From NCBI GenBank assembly GCA_032718475.1, contig JAUCBJ010003409.1, positions 1-55,680 of the forward strand: a stretch of DNA of 55,680 nt, in the 5' to 3' direction. Shown one piece after another: positions 40,001 through 55,055 of the stretch. Each line of letters starts with the position of its first letter. The stretch's first letter is position 1. Position numbers and translations under genes: made by a program. The stretch comes from Nemertoderma westbladi (Eukaryota > Animalia > Xenacoelomorpha). The notes beneath the pieces were generated by a model, which made no database searches, was not told where the DNA came from, and saw only the letters and a program-made list of their open reading frames with translations.

Positions 40001-43000
40001 ATATTGGATACTTACTGGTCTGACTTGCCCCGCCGTGTTGGTTGGTATATTGGATACTTACTGGTCTGACTTGCCCGCCGTGTTGGTTGGTATATTGGAT
40101 ACTTACTGGTCTGACTTGCCCCGCCGTGTTGGTATATTGGATACTTACTGGTCTGACTTGCCCCGCCGTGTTGGTTGGTATATTGGATACTTACTGGTCT
40201 GACTTGCCCCGTCGTGTTGGTATATTGGATACTTACTGGTCTGACTTGCCCCGCCGTGTTGGTATATTGGATACTTACTGGTCTGACTTGCCCCGTCGTG
40301 TTGGTATATTGGATACTTACTGGTCTGACTTGCCCCGCCGTGTTGGTTGGTATATTGGATACTTACAGGTCTGACTTGTCCCGCCGTGTTGGTTGGTATA
40401 TTGGATACTTACTGGTCTGACTTGCCCCGCCGTGTTGGTTGGTATATTGGATACTTACAGGTCTGACTTGCCCCGCCGTGTTGGTATATTGGATACTTAC
40501 TGGTCTGACTTGCCCCGCCGTGTTGGTATATTGGATACTTACTGGTCTGACTTGCCCGCCGTGTTGGTATATTGGATACTTACTGGTCTGACTTGCCCCG
40601 CCGTATTGGTTGGTATATTGGATACTTACAGGTCTGACTTGTCCCGCCGTGTTGGTTGGTATATTGGATACTTACAGGTCTGACTTGCCCCGCCGTGTTG
40701 GTATATTGGATACTTACTGGTCTGACTTGCCCCGCCGTGTTGGTATATTGGATACTTACTGGTCTGACTTGCCCGCCGTGTTGGTTGGTATATTGGATAC
40801 TTACTGGTCTGACTTGCCCCGCCGTGTTGGTATATTGGATACTTACTGGTCTGACTTGCCCGCCGTGTTGGTTGGTATATTGGATACTTACTGGTCTGAC
40901 TTGCCCCGCCGTGTTGGTTGGTATATTGGATACTTACTGGTCTGACTTGCCCCGCTGTGTTGGTATATTGGATACTTACTGGTCTGACTTGCCCCGCCGT
41001 GTTGGTATATTGGATACTTACTGGTCTGACTTGCCCCGCCGTGTTGGTTGGTATATTGGATACTTACTGGTCTGACTTGCCCCGCCGTGTTGGTATATTG
41101 GATACTTACTGGTCTGACTTGCCCCGCCGTGTTGGTTGGTATATTGGATACTTACTGGTCTGACTTGCCCGCCGTGTTGGTTGGTATATTGGATACTTAC
41201 TGGTCTGACTTGCCCCGCCGTGTTGGTTGGTATATTGGATACTTACTGGTCTGACTTGCCCCGCTGTGTTGGAATATTGGATACTTACTGGTCTGACTTG
41301 CCCCGCCGTGTTGGTATATTGGATACTTACTGGTCTGACTTGCCCCGCCGTGTTGGTTGGTATATTGGATACTTACTGGTCTGACTTGCCCGCCGTGTTG
41401 GTTGGTATATTGGATACTTACTGGTCTGACTTGCCCCGCCGTGTTGGTATATTGGATACTTACTGGTCTGACTTGCCCCGCCGTGTTGGTTGGTATATTG
41501 GATACTTACTGGTCTGACTTGCCCCGTCGTGTTGGTATATTGGATACTTACTGGTCTGACTTGCCCCGCCGTGTTGGTATATTGGATACTTACTGGTCTG
41601 ACTTGCCCCGTCGTGTTGGTATATTGGATACTTACTGGTCTGACTTGCCCCGCCGTGTTGGTTGGTATATTGGATACTTACAGGTCTGACTTGTCCCGCC
41701 GTGTTGGTTGGTATATTGGATACTTACTGGTCTGACTTGCCCCGCCGTGTTGGTTGGTATATTGGATACTTACAGGTCTGACTTGCCCCGCCGTGTTGGT
41801 ATATTGGATACTTACTGGTCTGACTTGCCCCGCCGTGTTGGTATATTGGATACTTACTGGTCTGACTTGCCCGCCGTGTTGGTTGGTATATTGGATACTT
41901 ACTGGTCTGACTTGCCCCGCCGTGTTGGTATATTGGATACTTACTGGTCTGACTTGCCCGCCGTGTTGGTTGGTATATTGGATACTTACTGGTCTGACTT
42001 GCCCCGCCGTGTTGGTTGGTATATTGGATACTTACTGGTCTGACTTGCCCCGCTGTGTTGGAATATTGGATACTTACTGGTCTGACTTGCCCCGCCGTGT
42101 TGGTATATTGGATACTTACTGGTCTGACTTGCCCCGCCGTGTTGGTTGGTATATTGGATACTTACTGGTCTGACTTGCCCCGCCGTGTTGGTTGGTATAT
42201 TGGATACTTACTGGTCTGACTTGCCCGCCGTGTTGGTTGGTATATTGGATACTTACTGGTCTGACTTTCCCCGCCGTGTTGGTTGGTATATTGTATACTT
42301 ACTGGTCTGACTTGCCCCGCCGTGTTGGTTGGTATATAGGATACTTACTGGTCTGACTTGCCCCGCCGTGTTGGTTGGTATATTGGATACTTACTGGTCT
42401 GACTTGTCCCGCCGTGTTGGTATATTGGATACTTACTGGTCTGACTTGCCCCGCTGTGTTGGTATATTGGATACTTACTGGTCTGACTTGTCCCGCCGTG
42501 TTGGTTGGTATATTGGATACTTACTGGTCTGACTTGCCCCGCCGTGTTGGTTGGTATATAGGATACTTACTGGTCTGACTTGCCCCGCCGTGTTGGTTGG
42601 TATATTGGATACTTACTGGTCTGACTTGTCCCGCCGTGTTGGTATATTGGATACTTACTGGTCTGACTTGCCCCGCCGTGTTGGTATATTGGATACTTAC
42701 TGGTCTGACTTGCCCCGCCGTGTTGGTTGGTATATTGGATACTTACTGGTCTGACTTGCCCCGCCGTGTTGGTTGGTATATAGGATACTTACTGGTCTGA
42801 CTTGCCCCGCCGTGTTGGTTGGTATATTGGATACTTACTGGTCTGACTTGTCCCGCCGTGTTGGTATATTGGATACTTACTGGTCTGACTTGCCCCGCTG
42901 TGTTGGTATATTGGATACTTACTGGTCTGACTTGTCCCGCCGTGTTGGTTGGTATATTGGATACTTACTGGTCTGACTTGCCCCGCCGTGTTGGTTGGTA

Positions 43001-45592
43001 TATAGGATACTTACTGGTCTGACTTGCCCCGCCGTGTTGGTTGGTATATTGGATACTTACTGGTCTGACTTGTCCCGCCGTGTTGGTATATTGGATACTT
43101 ACTGGTCTGACTTGCCCCGCCGTGTTGGTATATTGGATACTTACTGGTCTGACTTGCCCCGCCGTGTTGGTTGGTATATTGGATACTTACTGGTCTGACT
43201 TGCCCCGCCGTGTTGGTTGGTATATAGGATACTTACTGGTCTGACTTGCCCCGCCGTGTTGGTTGGTATATTGGATACTTACAGGTCTGACTTGCCCCGC
43301 CGTGTTGGTATATTGGATACTTACTGGTCTGACTTGCCCCGCTGTGTTGGTATATTGGATACTTACTGGTGTGACTTGCCCCGCCGTGGTGGTTGGTATA
43401 TTGGATACTTACTGGTCTGACTTGCCCCGCCGTGTTGGTATATTGGATACTTACTGGTCTGACTTGCCCCGCCGTGTTGGTTGGTATATTGGATACTTAC
43501 TGGTCTGACTTGTCCCTCCGTGTTGGTATATTGGATACTTACTGGTCTGACTTGCCCCGCTGTGTTGGTATATTGGATACTTACTGGTGTGACTTGCCCC
43601 GCCGTGGTGGTTGGTATATTGGATACTTACTGGTCTGACTTGCCCCGCCGTGTTGGTATATTGGATACTTACTGGTCTGACTTGCCCCGCTGTGTTGGTA
43701 TATTGGATACTTACTGGCCTGACTTGCCCCGCCGTGTTGGTATATTGGATACTTACTGGTCTGACTTGCCCCACCGTGTTGGTTGGTATATTGGATACTT
43801 ACTGGTCTGACTTGCCCCGCCGTGTTGGTTGGTATATTGGATACTTACTAGTCTGACTTGCCCCGCCGTGTTGGTATATTGGATACTTACTAGTCTGACT
43901 TGCCCCGCTGTGTTGGTATATTGGATACTTACTGGTCTGACTTTCCCCGCCGTGTTGGTATATTGGATACTTACTGGTCTGACTTGCCCCGCTGTGTTGG
44001 TATATTGGATACTTACTGGCCTGACTTGCCCCGCCGTGTTGGTATATTGGATACTTACTGGTCTGACTTGCCCCGCCGTGTTGGTATATTGGATACTTAC
44101 TGGTCTGACTTGCCCCGCCGTGTTGGTATATTGGATACTTACTGGTCTGACTTGCCCCGCCGTGTTGGTATATTGGATACTTACTGGTCTGACTTGCCCC
44201 GCCGTGTTGGTATATTGGATACTTACTGGTCTGACTTGCCCCGCCGTGTTGGTATATTGGATACTTACTGGTCTGACTTGCCCCGCCGTGTTGGTATATT
44301 GGATACTTACTGGTCTGACTTGCCCCGCCGTGTTGGTTAGTATATTGGATACTTACTGGACTGGTGTGACTTGCCCCGCCGTGTTGGTTGGTATATTGGA
44401 TACTTACTGGTCTGACTTGTCCCGCCGTGTTGGTATATTGGATACTTACTGGTGTGACTTGCCCCGCCGTGTTGGTATATTGGATACTTACTGGTCTGAC
44501 TTGCCCCGCCGTGTTGGTTGGTATATTGGATACTTACTGGTCTGACTTGCCCCGCCGTGTTGGTATATTGGATACTTACTGGTCTGACTTGCCCCGCCGT
44601 GTTGGTATATTGGATACTTACTGGTCTGACTTGCCCCGCCGTGTTGGTTGGTATATTGGATACTTACTGGTCTGACTTGCCCCGCCGTGTTGGTATATTG
44701 GATACTTACTGGTCTGACTTGCCCCGCCGTGTTGGTTGGTATATTGGATACTTACTGGTCTGACTTGCCCCGCCGTGTTGGTATATTGGATACTTACTGG
44801 TCTGACTTGCCCCGCTGTGTTGGTATATTGGATACTTACTGGTCTGACTTGCCCCGCCGTGTTGGTATATTGGATACTTACTGGACTGGTGTGACTTGCC
44901 CCGCCGTGTTGGTTGGTATATTGGATACTTACTGGTCTGACTTGTCCCGCCGTGTTGGTATATTGGATACTTACTGGTGTGACTTGCCCCGCCGTGTTGG
45001 TTGGTATATTGGATACTTACTGGTCTGACTTGCCCCGCTGTGTTGGTATATTGGATACTTACTGGTCTGACTTGTCCCGCCGTGTTGGTATATTGGATAC
45101 TTACTGGTCTGACTTGTCCGCCGTGTTGGTATATTGGATACTTACTGGTGTGACTTGCCCCGCCGTGTTGGTTGGTATATTGGATACTTACTAGTCTGAC
45201 TTGCCCCGCCGTGTTGGTTGGTATATTGGATACTTACTGGTCTGACATGCCCCGCTGTGTTGGTATATTGGATACTTACTGGTCTGACTTGACCCGCCGT
45301 GTTGGTCGGTATATTGGATACTTACTGGTCTGACTTGCCCCGCCGTGTTGGTTGGTATATTGGATACTTACTGGTCTGACTTGCCCCGCCATGTTGGTTG
45401 GTATATTGGATACTTACTGGTCTGACTTGCCCCGCCGTGTTGGTATATTGGATACTTACTGGTCTGACTTGTCCCGCCGTGTTGGTATATTGGATACTTA
45501 CTGGTCTGACTTGCCCCGCCGTGTTGGTTGGTATATTGGATACTTACTGGTCTGACTTGCCCCGCCGTGTTGGTATATTGGATACTTACTGG
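37069..45592 (-). repeat. 42/46-bp satellite, ~190 copies, derived from the TTBK exon end plus splice donor
   Basis: Minus-strand unit aatataccaacacggcggggcaagtcagacca|gtaagtatcc is the last 32 nt of exon 47529-47633 (one synonymous difference in most copies) plus 10 intronic nt. The 46-bp variant has an extra ccaa. Confidence 0.97.
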
Positions 45593-47633
<2,041 letters not shown>

Positions 47634-48520
47634 CTAAAAAACAAAATAAATAACAAAGAAAATATAAATAACAACATCATTAGAATTCAGCAGATTATGC
47701 AAATAAAATAATGGACTGCTATGAATCATATATTAGAAGGCCGTCGGTAGATTTTTACAATTCGTAATCGGATACCTAAATACTTGAGGATATGTGTGCC
47801 GGTTCCTGGTTGCCATATAAACCGGAAATTTTGTACACGAATAGACTGCAATATCTGAGCAACCAACCAAGTGTAATTATTTAATATACCACAGCAGCTT
47901 GGTATAGAAGTGAGGCTGGTTTGGTGAATATTATTTAATTCCCGTACCCATTTTGTTAGCAAATTGTAATATATTGTACGTGTAGATTTATCATTAAGTT
48001 TAAGTTTTAATAGTTCCAGAATATGCCTTGTTGCTCTTGTTACATAATTAAATCGATTTAATATTTAAAAAAATACAATTTACAAAAGTTCAATATATGA
48101 AACATAATCGTTTTCAGTAAGCAGTGTTTTATAGGAAGCACTAACAGAGTAAATGCTTGCGAACTTTTTGTAGAGACCCAAATGGGCATTGTGTATAAAT
48201 AAATGTGTGAAAATTCAGGGAAATTTGTATTGTGTTTTCCTGAGCCCTGTGCATAATAATTGGCAATGAGACTTTTTATCTAAAGAAGCTGTACAGTCAC
48301 AGTGTACACACAGACTACAGACATGACACACGTATCTACCAAATTTCATCAAATTGGTCTGCAACGTTGGTGCTGGAATATTGAAGTTTAAACATTGAGA
48401 CAGACCGATACACTGTCGTCCATTTGACCGCAGATAAACATAATTTTATATTTAACCATCTCGAAATATCTCGTTTGTGCGAACTGTTAGTTACGTTATT
48501 GTATAGGAACAAAAATATAT

Positions 48521-48690
48521 GGGGGCGAGCCACGAAGTAATTAAAGCCTTAGCATACGGGTAACATTAACGGTTTGTCTGTCGTGGTCAAATTTGTGATC
48601 GCTAATAACTAGGTCATTCCTTGATAAAATGAAACCAAACTTGGTAATTAACGTATGCAGTTTCGTACCGCGCGAAGGCTCCACGGCCAC
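48521..48690 (+). mobile_element. Dispersed DINE-1/Helentron-like repeat, copy 2
   Basis: gggggcgagccacgaagt...ttaacggtttgtctgtcgt...gctaataactaggtcattccttgataaaat...gcgcgaaggc, homologous to the copies at 26774 and 52670. Confidence 0.5.
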
Positions 48691-48894
48691 ACAAACATGT
48701 ACTCACTCGTACAGTATACCGTATATGCACCACTATATTCGGACATGTAAGTCCACGTGGACGAAATAATAATCATTCGTACAAAATAACTCACTTAAAA
48801 AAAGTTTGATACACTTTTATAGTATTGTATGATGATGATACACAAATACTATACGATACGTTACAAATAATCTTGTATTAGATGTAGAATACTA

Positions 48895-49167
<273 letters not shown>

Positions 49168-49493
49168 TTACTTATTATCCAAATAGGCGGCGGTTTTTAC
49201 GTCTATAACAAATGTGTATCAATTAGGTACCGGTATGTTAATTTAAAATATAATAATAATAATTAATTAAGAATATTAATTAAACTCAACAACCATGACC
49301 AGGCCACTTTAATTTGTACCATAGAATCTAGAAAATAAATAAATTAAGCTAATTTCTTGTCCTCCAAGATCTCAATTTGTAGGTTAATTTCTAGCCCGTA
49401 TTCTCTGCATAAGAACGCTTAATAAACTTGTAATTAGTATCGAATGAGTGCGAGTGTATTATAAGTTTCAACAATGCAATACCTTGTACTGTA

Positions 49494-50665
49494 CCGGGTG
49501 TTTGAAAAAGGTGGACTGGACACAGAAAACATGGACAACGGACAGACCAATCAGAAAACGTATTATAAAAAGCAGTTTGTAGCAATTGGTCTGTCCATCT
49601 TTTTCAAGTTTTCCGCTTTGTTAGTTACATAATTGGGAATAAGATGTGTGTTTGAAAAGGGTGGACAGGACACATGCAAAAAAACATAGATAATAGTCTG
49701 ACCAATCAGAAACGTATTAAAGCAATGTTATTTATTACTGATTGGACTGTCCACCTTTTTCAGGTTTCAATTATCTATCTATAATGGGCATGCTGGAAGC
49801 AGCTGCAATAAGAATGCTGCCGGGTCCTAGGCGTATCTACCCCCCCCCCCCACCCCCGCGCAGATTACCCCCCCCCCCCCCCTATAGACTTACAGCATAA
49901 TAATAATAGGTCTAGCGTACCGTACAGCAGTTTAACTTGAATTTATTGGTTATTTTTGTGGTTGGGTTAGTTGGTCAGGCCCAACCCCTAATTAAAACTG
50001 TCATTAGTAACCCTATAACCTTAAAGTCCCGATGCTCTAATCGATGAAATTTTGTTGAATGTAGGATCCAAAATATTTAAGGTTGGGGTTACATGACAGT
50101 TTTAATTAAGGTTTTGGGCCTCCATTTCCACTTTGAATTAGGGCTTCGGACCCGCCACTTCCCAAAATATGGGGACTTATTTACCTCCCTCGCTGCGCTC
50201 GGTCGTTTAATGACAGATCTAGGGATGAACGGTACATATAGCATATTATATTTCCCTCTCAGTACAATAGGTAGTTATTATAATTAACTTTACTGTAATG
50301 AGTTAGAATATTGACGTTCAAATATTGATGATAAGGCTTCGTGGCTCGCCCCCTATTATTGAACTAGGCCTATTTCGACAACTCAGGTCGGTCACAGTAA
50401 GTATGGGATAATAATAACAATAATAATCCATAAAAACATTCTGAAATTTTTGAAAAACGTGGACATAGCTGCTATAATGTGCAAATCAATCTGATTGGTC
50501 AATTCATTGCCTGTTCTTTCTCAACCCAGTCCACCTTATTCAAATTTGAAAAAGGTGGACAACAATGCTGAAAAAGGTGGACATGCTGTGTGACGCAAAT
50601 CGCCCGTGATTGGTCTGTCCATTGTCCATGTTTTCTGTGTCCAGTCCACCTTTTTCAAACACCCG
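49494..50665. mobile_element. Tc1/mariner-type non-autonomous element (TA-flanked, ~60-bp TIRs) with secondary insertions
   Basis: TA-ccgggtgtttgaaaaaggtggactggacacagaaaacatggacaa...gaccaatca versus tgattggtctgtcc..ttgtccatgttttctgtgtccagtccacctttttcaaacacccg-TA. Internal subrepeats of aaaaggtggac. Confidence 0.8.
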
Positions 50666-51573
50666 TACTGCACCTAGGGCTGTCGGTAAAGTGAAAGATC
50701 TTCTATATTGGGCCTAATGTCTACATGCAGCTATGCAGATTTTAGAGCTGCCTATTTGTAATGTTTTACATCAGTAGGCCTACTTTCAGTACTTCGTGTC
50801 GAAGATTATGACAATACCGCACCGGTACCGGTACTGTTATTGGTACCGTTGGCCTACTGTAACTGTGGCATGGTGCACCGCTTCAACTAACCTAATCCAT
50901 AGTTAACTAACTTATGAACACTGCATTGAATTAAATTTGTCACCCGGATTCCTGACACCTGACTAAACAGAAGCAGCTTACCTCGAATTAGTGTAAAACT
51001 GAACCACACATAATCTGAACCACAAAACAATTATTATAAATGAGGGCTAAAAAGGGCCGATGTTATCATATGTCGAGTTCAGCTACACCCTGTTTGTCAC
51101 TTTTTGCGTAAATGTTTAGTGAAGGCGCCCGTAATCATGAAAAATACTTAGTATCTAGTGCCCTTAAAATCTTAATTCAAGCTAATTTTTAGATTCTTGA
51201 AAATTCTACAAATTAAAGTGGCCTGGCCTAGCCATGACCCAAATTTATTTCAACGTCCCAACACTCCCCACCCTACAAAAAGTCCAGATATGTTCTTGGA
51301 CTATATTACACGTTCGTGGGGACTTCGCGCAGCACGAGGCCTAGTTATTATATACAAATTAAAATGCAGCGACTGTATCACAAAATCAGGTTTTGAGAAA
51401 TTTACCCACACCACCAATCAATCAAAGAAAGGTGGACAGTACGTGTTCACCCCTTTTAATCTCCCCCCCCCCCCCCCCCCCCCCCCCCCCCACCCTTCCC
51501 AACCACCAATACATAACCGCGACATCTACCACCCACGGAAGGGTAGCACGAACTTATTTCCAATCGCACGTTA

Positions 51574-51865
51574 AATATGCAAAGCCAGGTGGTTTATAGG
51601 AATATAATAAACGCAGTACTCGTTTTCATTATAAGCCTCTTTGCGTTCGTCCTGTTTTGTATTTAAATATATTTCTTAAACGCAAGCTAGGACGATCTTT
51701 ATAATAATAATAACTAGGGATGCGATCAATATGTGAAGCCAGGTGGTTTATATAATAATTTAGTCAACGCAGTACTCGTCTTCATTATATGCCTCGTTGC
51801 GCTCGTCGCTTGTCCTGTTTTGTCATAAAATATTTTTCCTAAACGCAGACTGACGATCTTTATAC
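51574..51865. repeat. Diverged tandem duplication of ~150 bp
   Basis: aagccaggtggtttata..aacgcagtactcgt..cattata.gcctc..gtcctgttttgt..taaacgca..gacgatctttata occurs twice (~51574 and ~51729). Confidence 0.8.
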
Positions 51866-52669
51866 AGTTATAACTATGCGAAGTTTCGAAACTGTGCGAG
51901 TAACTGTTGATACATCTATGTGGAGATGTGTGATATGTGGAGATGTGTGATACAACGCCAACGCATCTTATGCCGATGTAGTAATATGGGTATTGAAATA
52001 ATATTAAAGCAATGTACACTCTTAAAGCTGCAGCGAAAAAATGTAGCTAATTTCCTAGGTTACATATAAAATAATAATATTATTTTTAAGAACATTAATT
52101 TTACTACTTTGCAAAAATTCAATTAAAAAATAACCAGACATATACATTGTGGAATAAACTATTTCAGAAGCCTACAACAGCCATGCCATGGATTGTATTT
52201 ATGTTATTATATCTGTCATTTAACTGAGATAGCAATAGTAGTAATAGTCGAACGGTTATGCGGCCCGTCCAGCCTATAATAAACACAATTCAGTGATTGG
52301 GCTGGAATAGCAATACTGGTTGCCTCTATTACAATTCCTCTCAGGTTAGTCTACAGCCACAACTCCCAGCAGCTAGCTCCACACCAGCAGAGACTTGACC
52401 AATAATGGGAAGGATTAAATTTGTACTCAATAATTGTGCGGTTTAATTACGTTTAGATCAATTAAAGACACATTTATTAAAGCAAATCACTTAAACTAAT
52501 TAAAAACTATAATAGAATGGCGTATGGGGATTATATCTGTATAATTTTTAAGTATAATTATTTAAATCTTATACTGTAAAACAATTAATTTCCTTTAAAA
52601 GGCAGGTTGAAAATGGCGTTTTCACCGCAATCAACTTAATTAACTAATTAACTGCTATTATCTTAGCTT

Positions 52670-52880
52670 CTCGAAGGCCACACGGAAATTCTACTTGGAA
52701 AATTTCTAAACTTTTGCCAAACAACATGTGTACCAAGTTTGGATAGATTTCATCAAAGATTGGCCGAGTTATTAACGTTTAAAATTGAACACGACAGAAC
52801 GACAGAACGACAGAACGACAGAACGACAGGTTGATTAATGGTACCACTACGCTAAGGCTCACTCACTTCGTGGCTCGCCC
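52670..52880 (-). mobile_element. Dispersed DINE-1/Helentron-like repeat, copy 3, with an (ACGACAGA)n microsatellite
   Basis: Ends cactcacttcgtggctcgcccc, the reverse complement of the copy-2 start. Contains atttcatcaaagattggccgagttatt. A fourth end fragment lies at 50336-50353. Confidence 0.55.
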
Positions 52881-53041
52881 CACAGTTATTGGGATGAGCT
52901 GGAGTAGCACACTTTGGCCTCATATAGGCTGTCTATAATTATAATTTGGCCTCTGCTATTTAAATTTTCGTTTAGTATTCACTCCGTTGTTGTTGTTGGT
53001 GGTGGTGTTAATTTCCAGTTATGCTTTATAAGGCTTCTTAC

Positions 53042-53115
53042 GCGCAGTGTCAAAGTTGGTAGAGCGTGGGCTTGGAAATCTCTAGGTACCGAGTTCAATC
53101 CCCCCTTTCCGGTGA
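53042..53115 (+). other. tRNA-like sequence (tRNA-derived SINE head or pseudo-tRNA)
   Basis: A-box-like agttggtagagcg and B-box-like gagttcaatcc at tRNA spacing. The acceptor stem pairs poorly. Confidence 0.4.
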
Positions 53116-54480
53116 ATGTTTTTGTAGTGAGCCTTTCAAGGAGACAGTTCATGCGTTAACACGGACCTTTGCGCGATTTCGCGCTTGTTTATGATAATTT
53201 CACAAAAAAGTCAGTGAGTCAGACAAAAATAAAAAAAAGTCAGGTACCGGTAGGTTTCTTTTAAAAAATTCCGTGGTACTCTGTTAGAACAATAAATCTC
53301 AGATGTTACCTTTAATGCTTTCTTTTATATTGAATTGACCAACTTTTGGTGTTTTAAATTATGAAAATATGAATTATCTTCTCTAATATTATTATAATTC
53401 AAATACGGGCACCCAAATAAGTCTTCCATAAAGGAGGTCCGAGTAAATCCGGGATTTTAGGACCCCCCTCCCAACATGTCCAAGCCAGGGGGGATGCCTA
53501 CTTCGGACGTCGAATTTACAAACTAAAAAAAGGTAACTCACTGACTGTCTGTCTATATTTGCCATAATTAAAAGAACTATTATAACAGTTGATTAATAAT
53601 ATTATAATTAACAGTCCTCCCAAATTGCGGGAGGGTGGGTGGGGGTAACTAAGGTAATTTATGCCCGATTACGGGTATCACTACAACAGCAGCAGCTACC
53701 TGCTACATATCTAATTTTAATCTCCCTATAAACTTAAACTATGTACATAAAAACTCAAAATTGACTGATACGGCCTAATGATGTTTTTATTGCTGGTATT
53801 ATTTGCTACTATTTGAATTCCCTTATCTGAAGTAGCAGTATATAGCCTGTTTATCGTTTTGAAGATCATACCTGCTCAGTAATCTAGTCATGATTGTGAA
53901 ATAATGAAAAAGGTCTGCCCCCAGCCATCAGCTAATGTCAACAAACTGATCTAATTATAGACTGTATGTCGGACTCTAACCGAATGGAATTGCCTATCCG
54001 CAAACACGGTTGTTATGTTACAGTGATAAATTATTCATATAACAATTATGAGGTAAATGCGAAAAATCGTAATTTAGCCACCACCGCCCCCCCCCCCCCC
54101 CCCCCCCCCCTGATCTAAGACGTCCTTTGTGGACAACCCGGAAGGCATTTACAAATTTACAAATAAACTAAATGTGATCTTCAATAACTCTACTGTAAAT
54201 TCAAAACAATTTAGGTCGCCAGCTCGGTGATTAATATTATGGCTAGGAGGAGGGAGTAATCTTCATTAAATTACGTAGTTGACGTATGCATACATTAACA
54301 CATAAGTTTGTACAGGTCACAAAGCTTTTTGAAATCCCGTAGCTTTGATATGTAGGACTCCGATCTCCAATGGGAAAGAGGAGAGGCCCATAGTAAACAT
54401 ATTTCAGACCAACAAAACGAGAAGACCCGCCCAACATCGTTGCCAAAAACCGTTATCAGCCTACCAAAATACCATCTTAA

Positions 54481-55055
54481 CCTTTGTGTTATCCTCAAAA
54501 AAATAAGCATATTTGATCCTCTGGGTCAATATGACCCAATTTCAATTTACCTTAATTTATATAGAATTAACCTAAATTTACATTACAATCACTTATCGCA
54601 ATCATTTACAATCACTGCATAAAACAAATGCATGTGCCTTGCAAACATATTTAGAGCATTTGCAGCACTGTAAAAAAAAAAGTGGCTTTTGATGAGATCC
54701 TTTCCGAGTTGTTCAAGAAAAAGACGATGACGAAACTTGATATCTTTGAGCCAGCTTGGATTTATCTCGGACCAAATGATGTAGGCGTTGTAGGCATCAA
54801 TATCAAGGATGTTTGCGAATACCACGACTGGCCATCGCTTGGTCATTCGCTTGCTTGTATAAGTAACTGTGCACTTGTCTGCAGTGTCAACACCTCCTTT
54901 CTCACGATTATACTGGAGAATAATTTCGGGCTTCTTATCTTTACCAGTTTCGATTACCTCGGCATTCATGTGCATTGTACTCATTAGAGTCACAACCTTG
55001 CGCTTCTTAGGACAATATGAGACAACGGACGTATCATCTGTATGGCCAAACAACT
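54481..55055 (-). mobile_element. piggyBac transposon fragment: transposase C-terminal part plus one terminus
   Basis: SYCPKKRKVVTLMSTMH..KKPEIILQYNREKGGVDTADK..YTSKRMTKRWPVVVFANILD..NAYIIW is typical of piggyBac (ORF 54589-55053). Terminus TTAA|CCTTTG at 54477-54486. Confidence 0.88.

Noticed and set aside
37100-45555. Dozens of plus-strand ORFs ([14 protein letters not shown] / GILDTYWSDLPRRV repeats)
   Set aside because: These are translations of the 42/46-bp satellite, antisense to TTBK and frameshifted at every length variant.
48637-48655. 19-bp match (aaacttggtaattaacgta) to the 53-bp foldback unit
   Set aside because: Short, AT-rich and without flanking similarity, so a relationship cannot be supported.
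51310-51346. Helitron-like 3' end (tcgtg...cacga hairpin followed by CTAG|T)
   Set aside because: No identifiable 5' end or second copy in the window.
53420-54140. Possible degenerate TIR pair (tccataaaggaggtcc / gacgtcctttgtggacaaccc)
   Set aside because: The match is short and imperfect and no TSD was identified. Probably an old MITE but not supportable.
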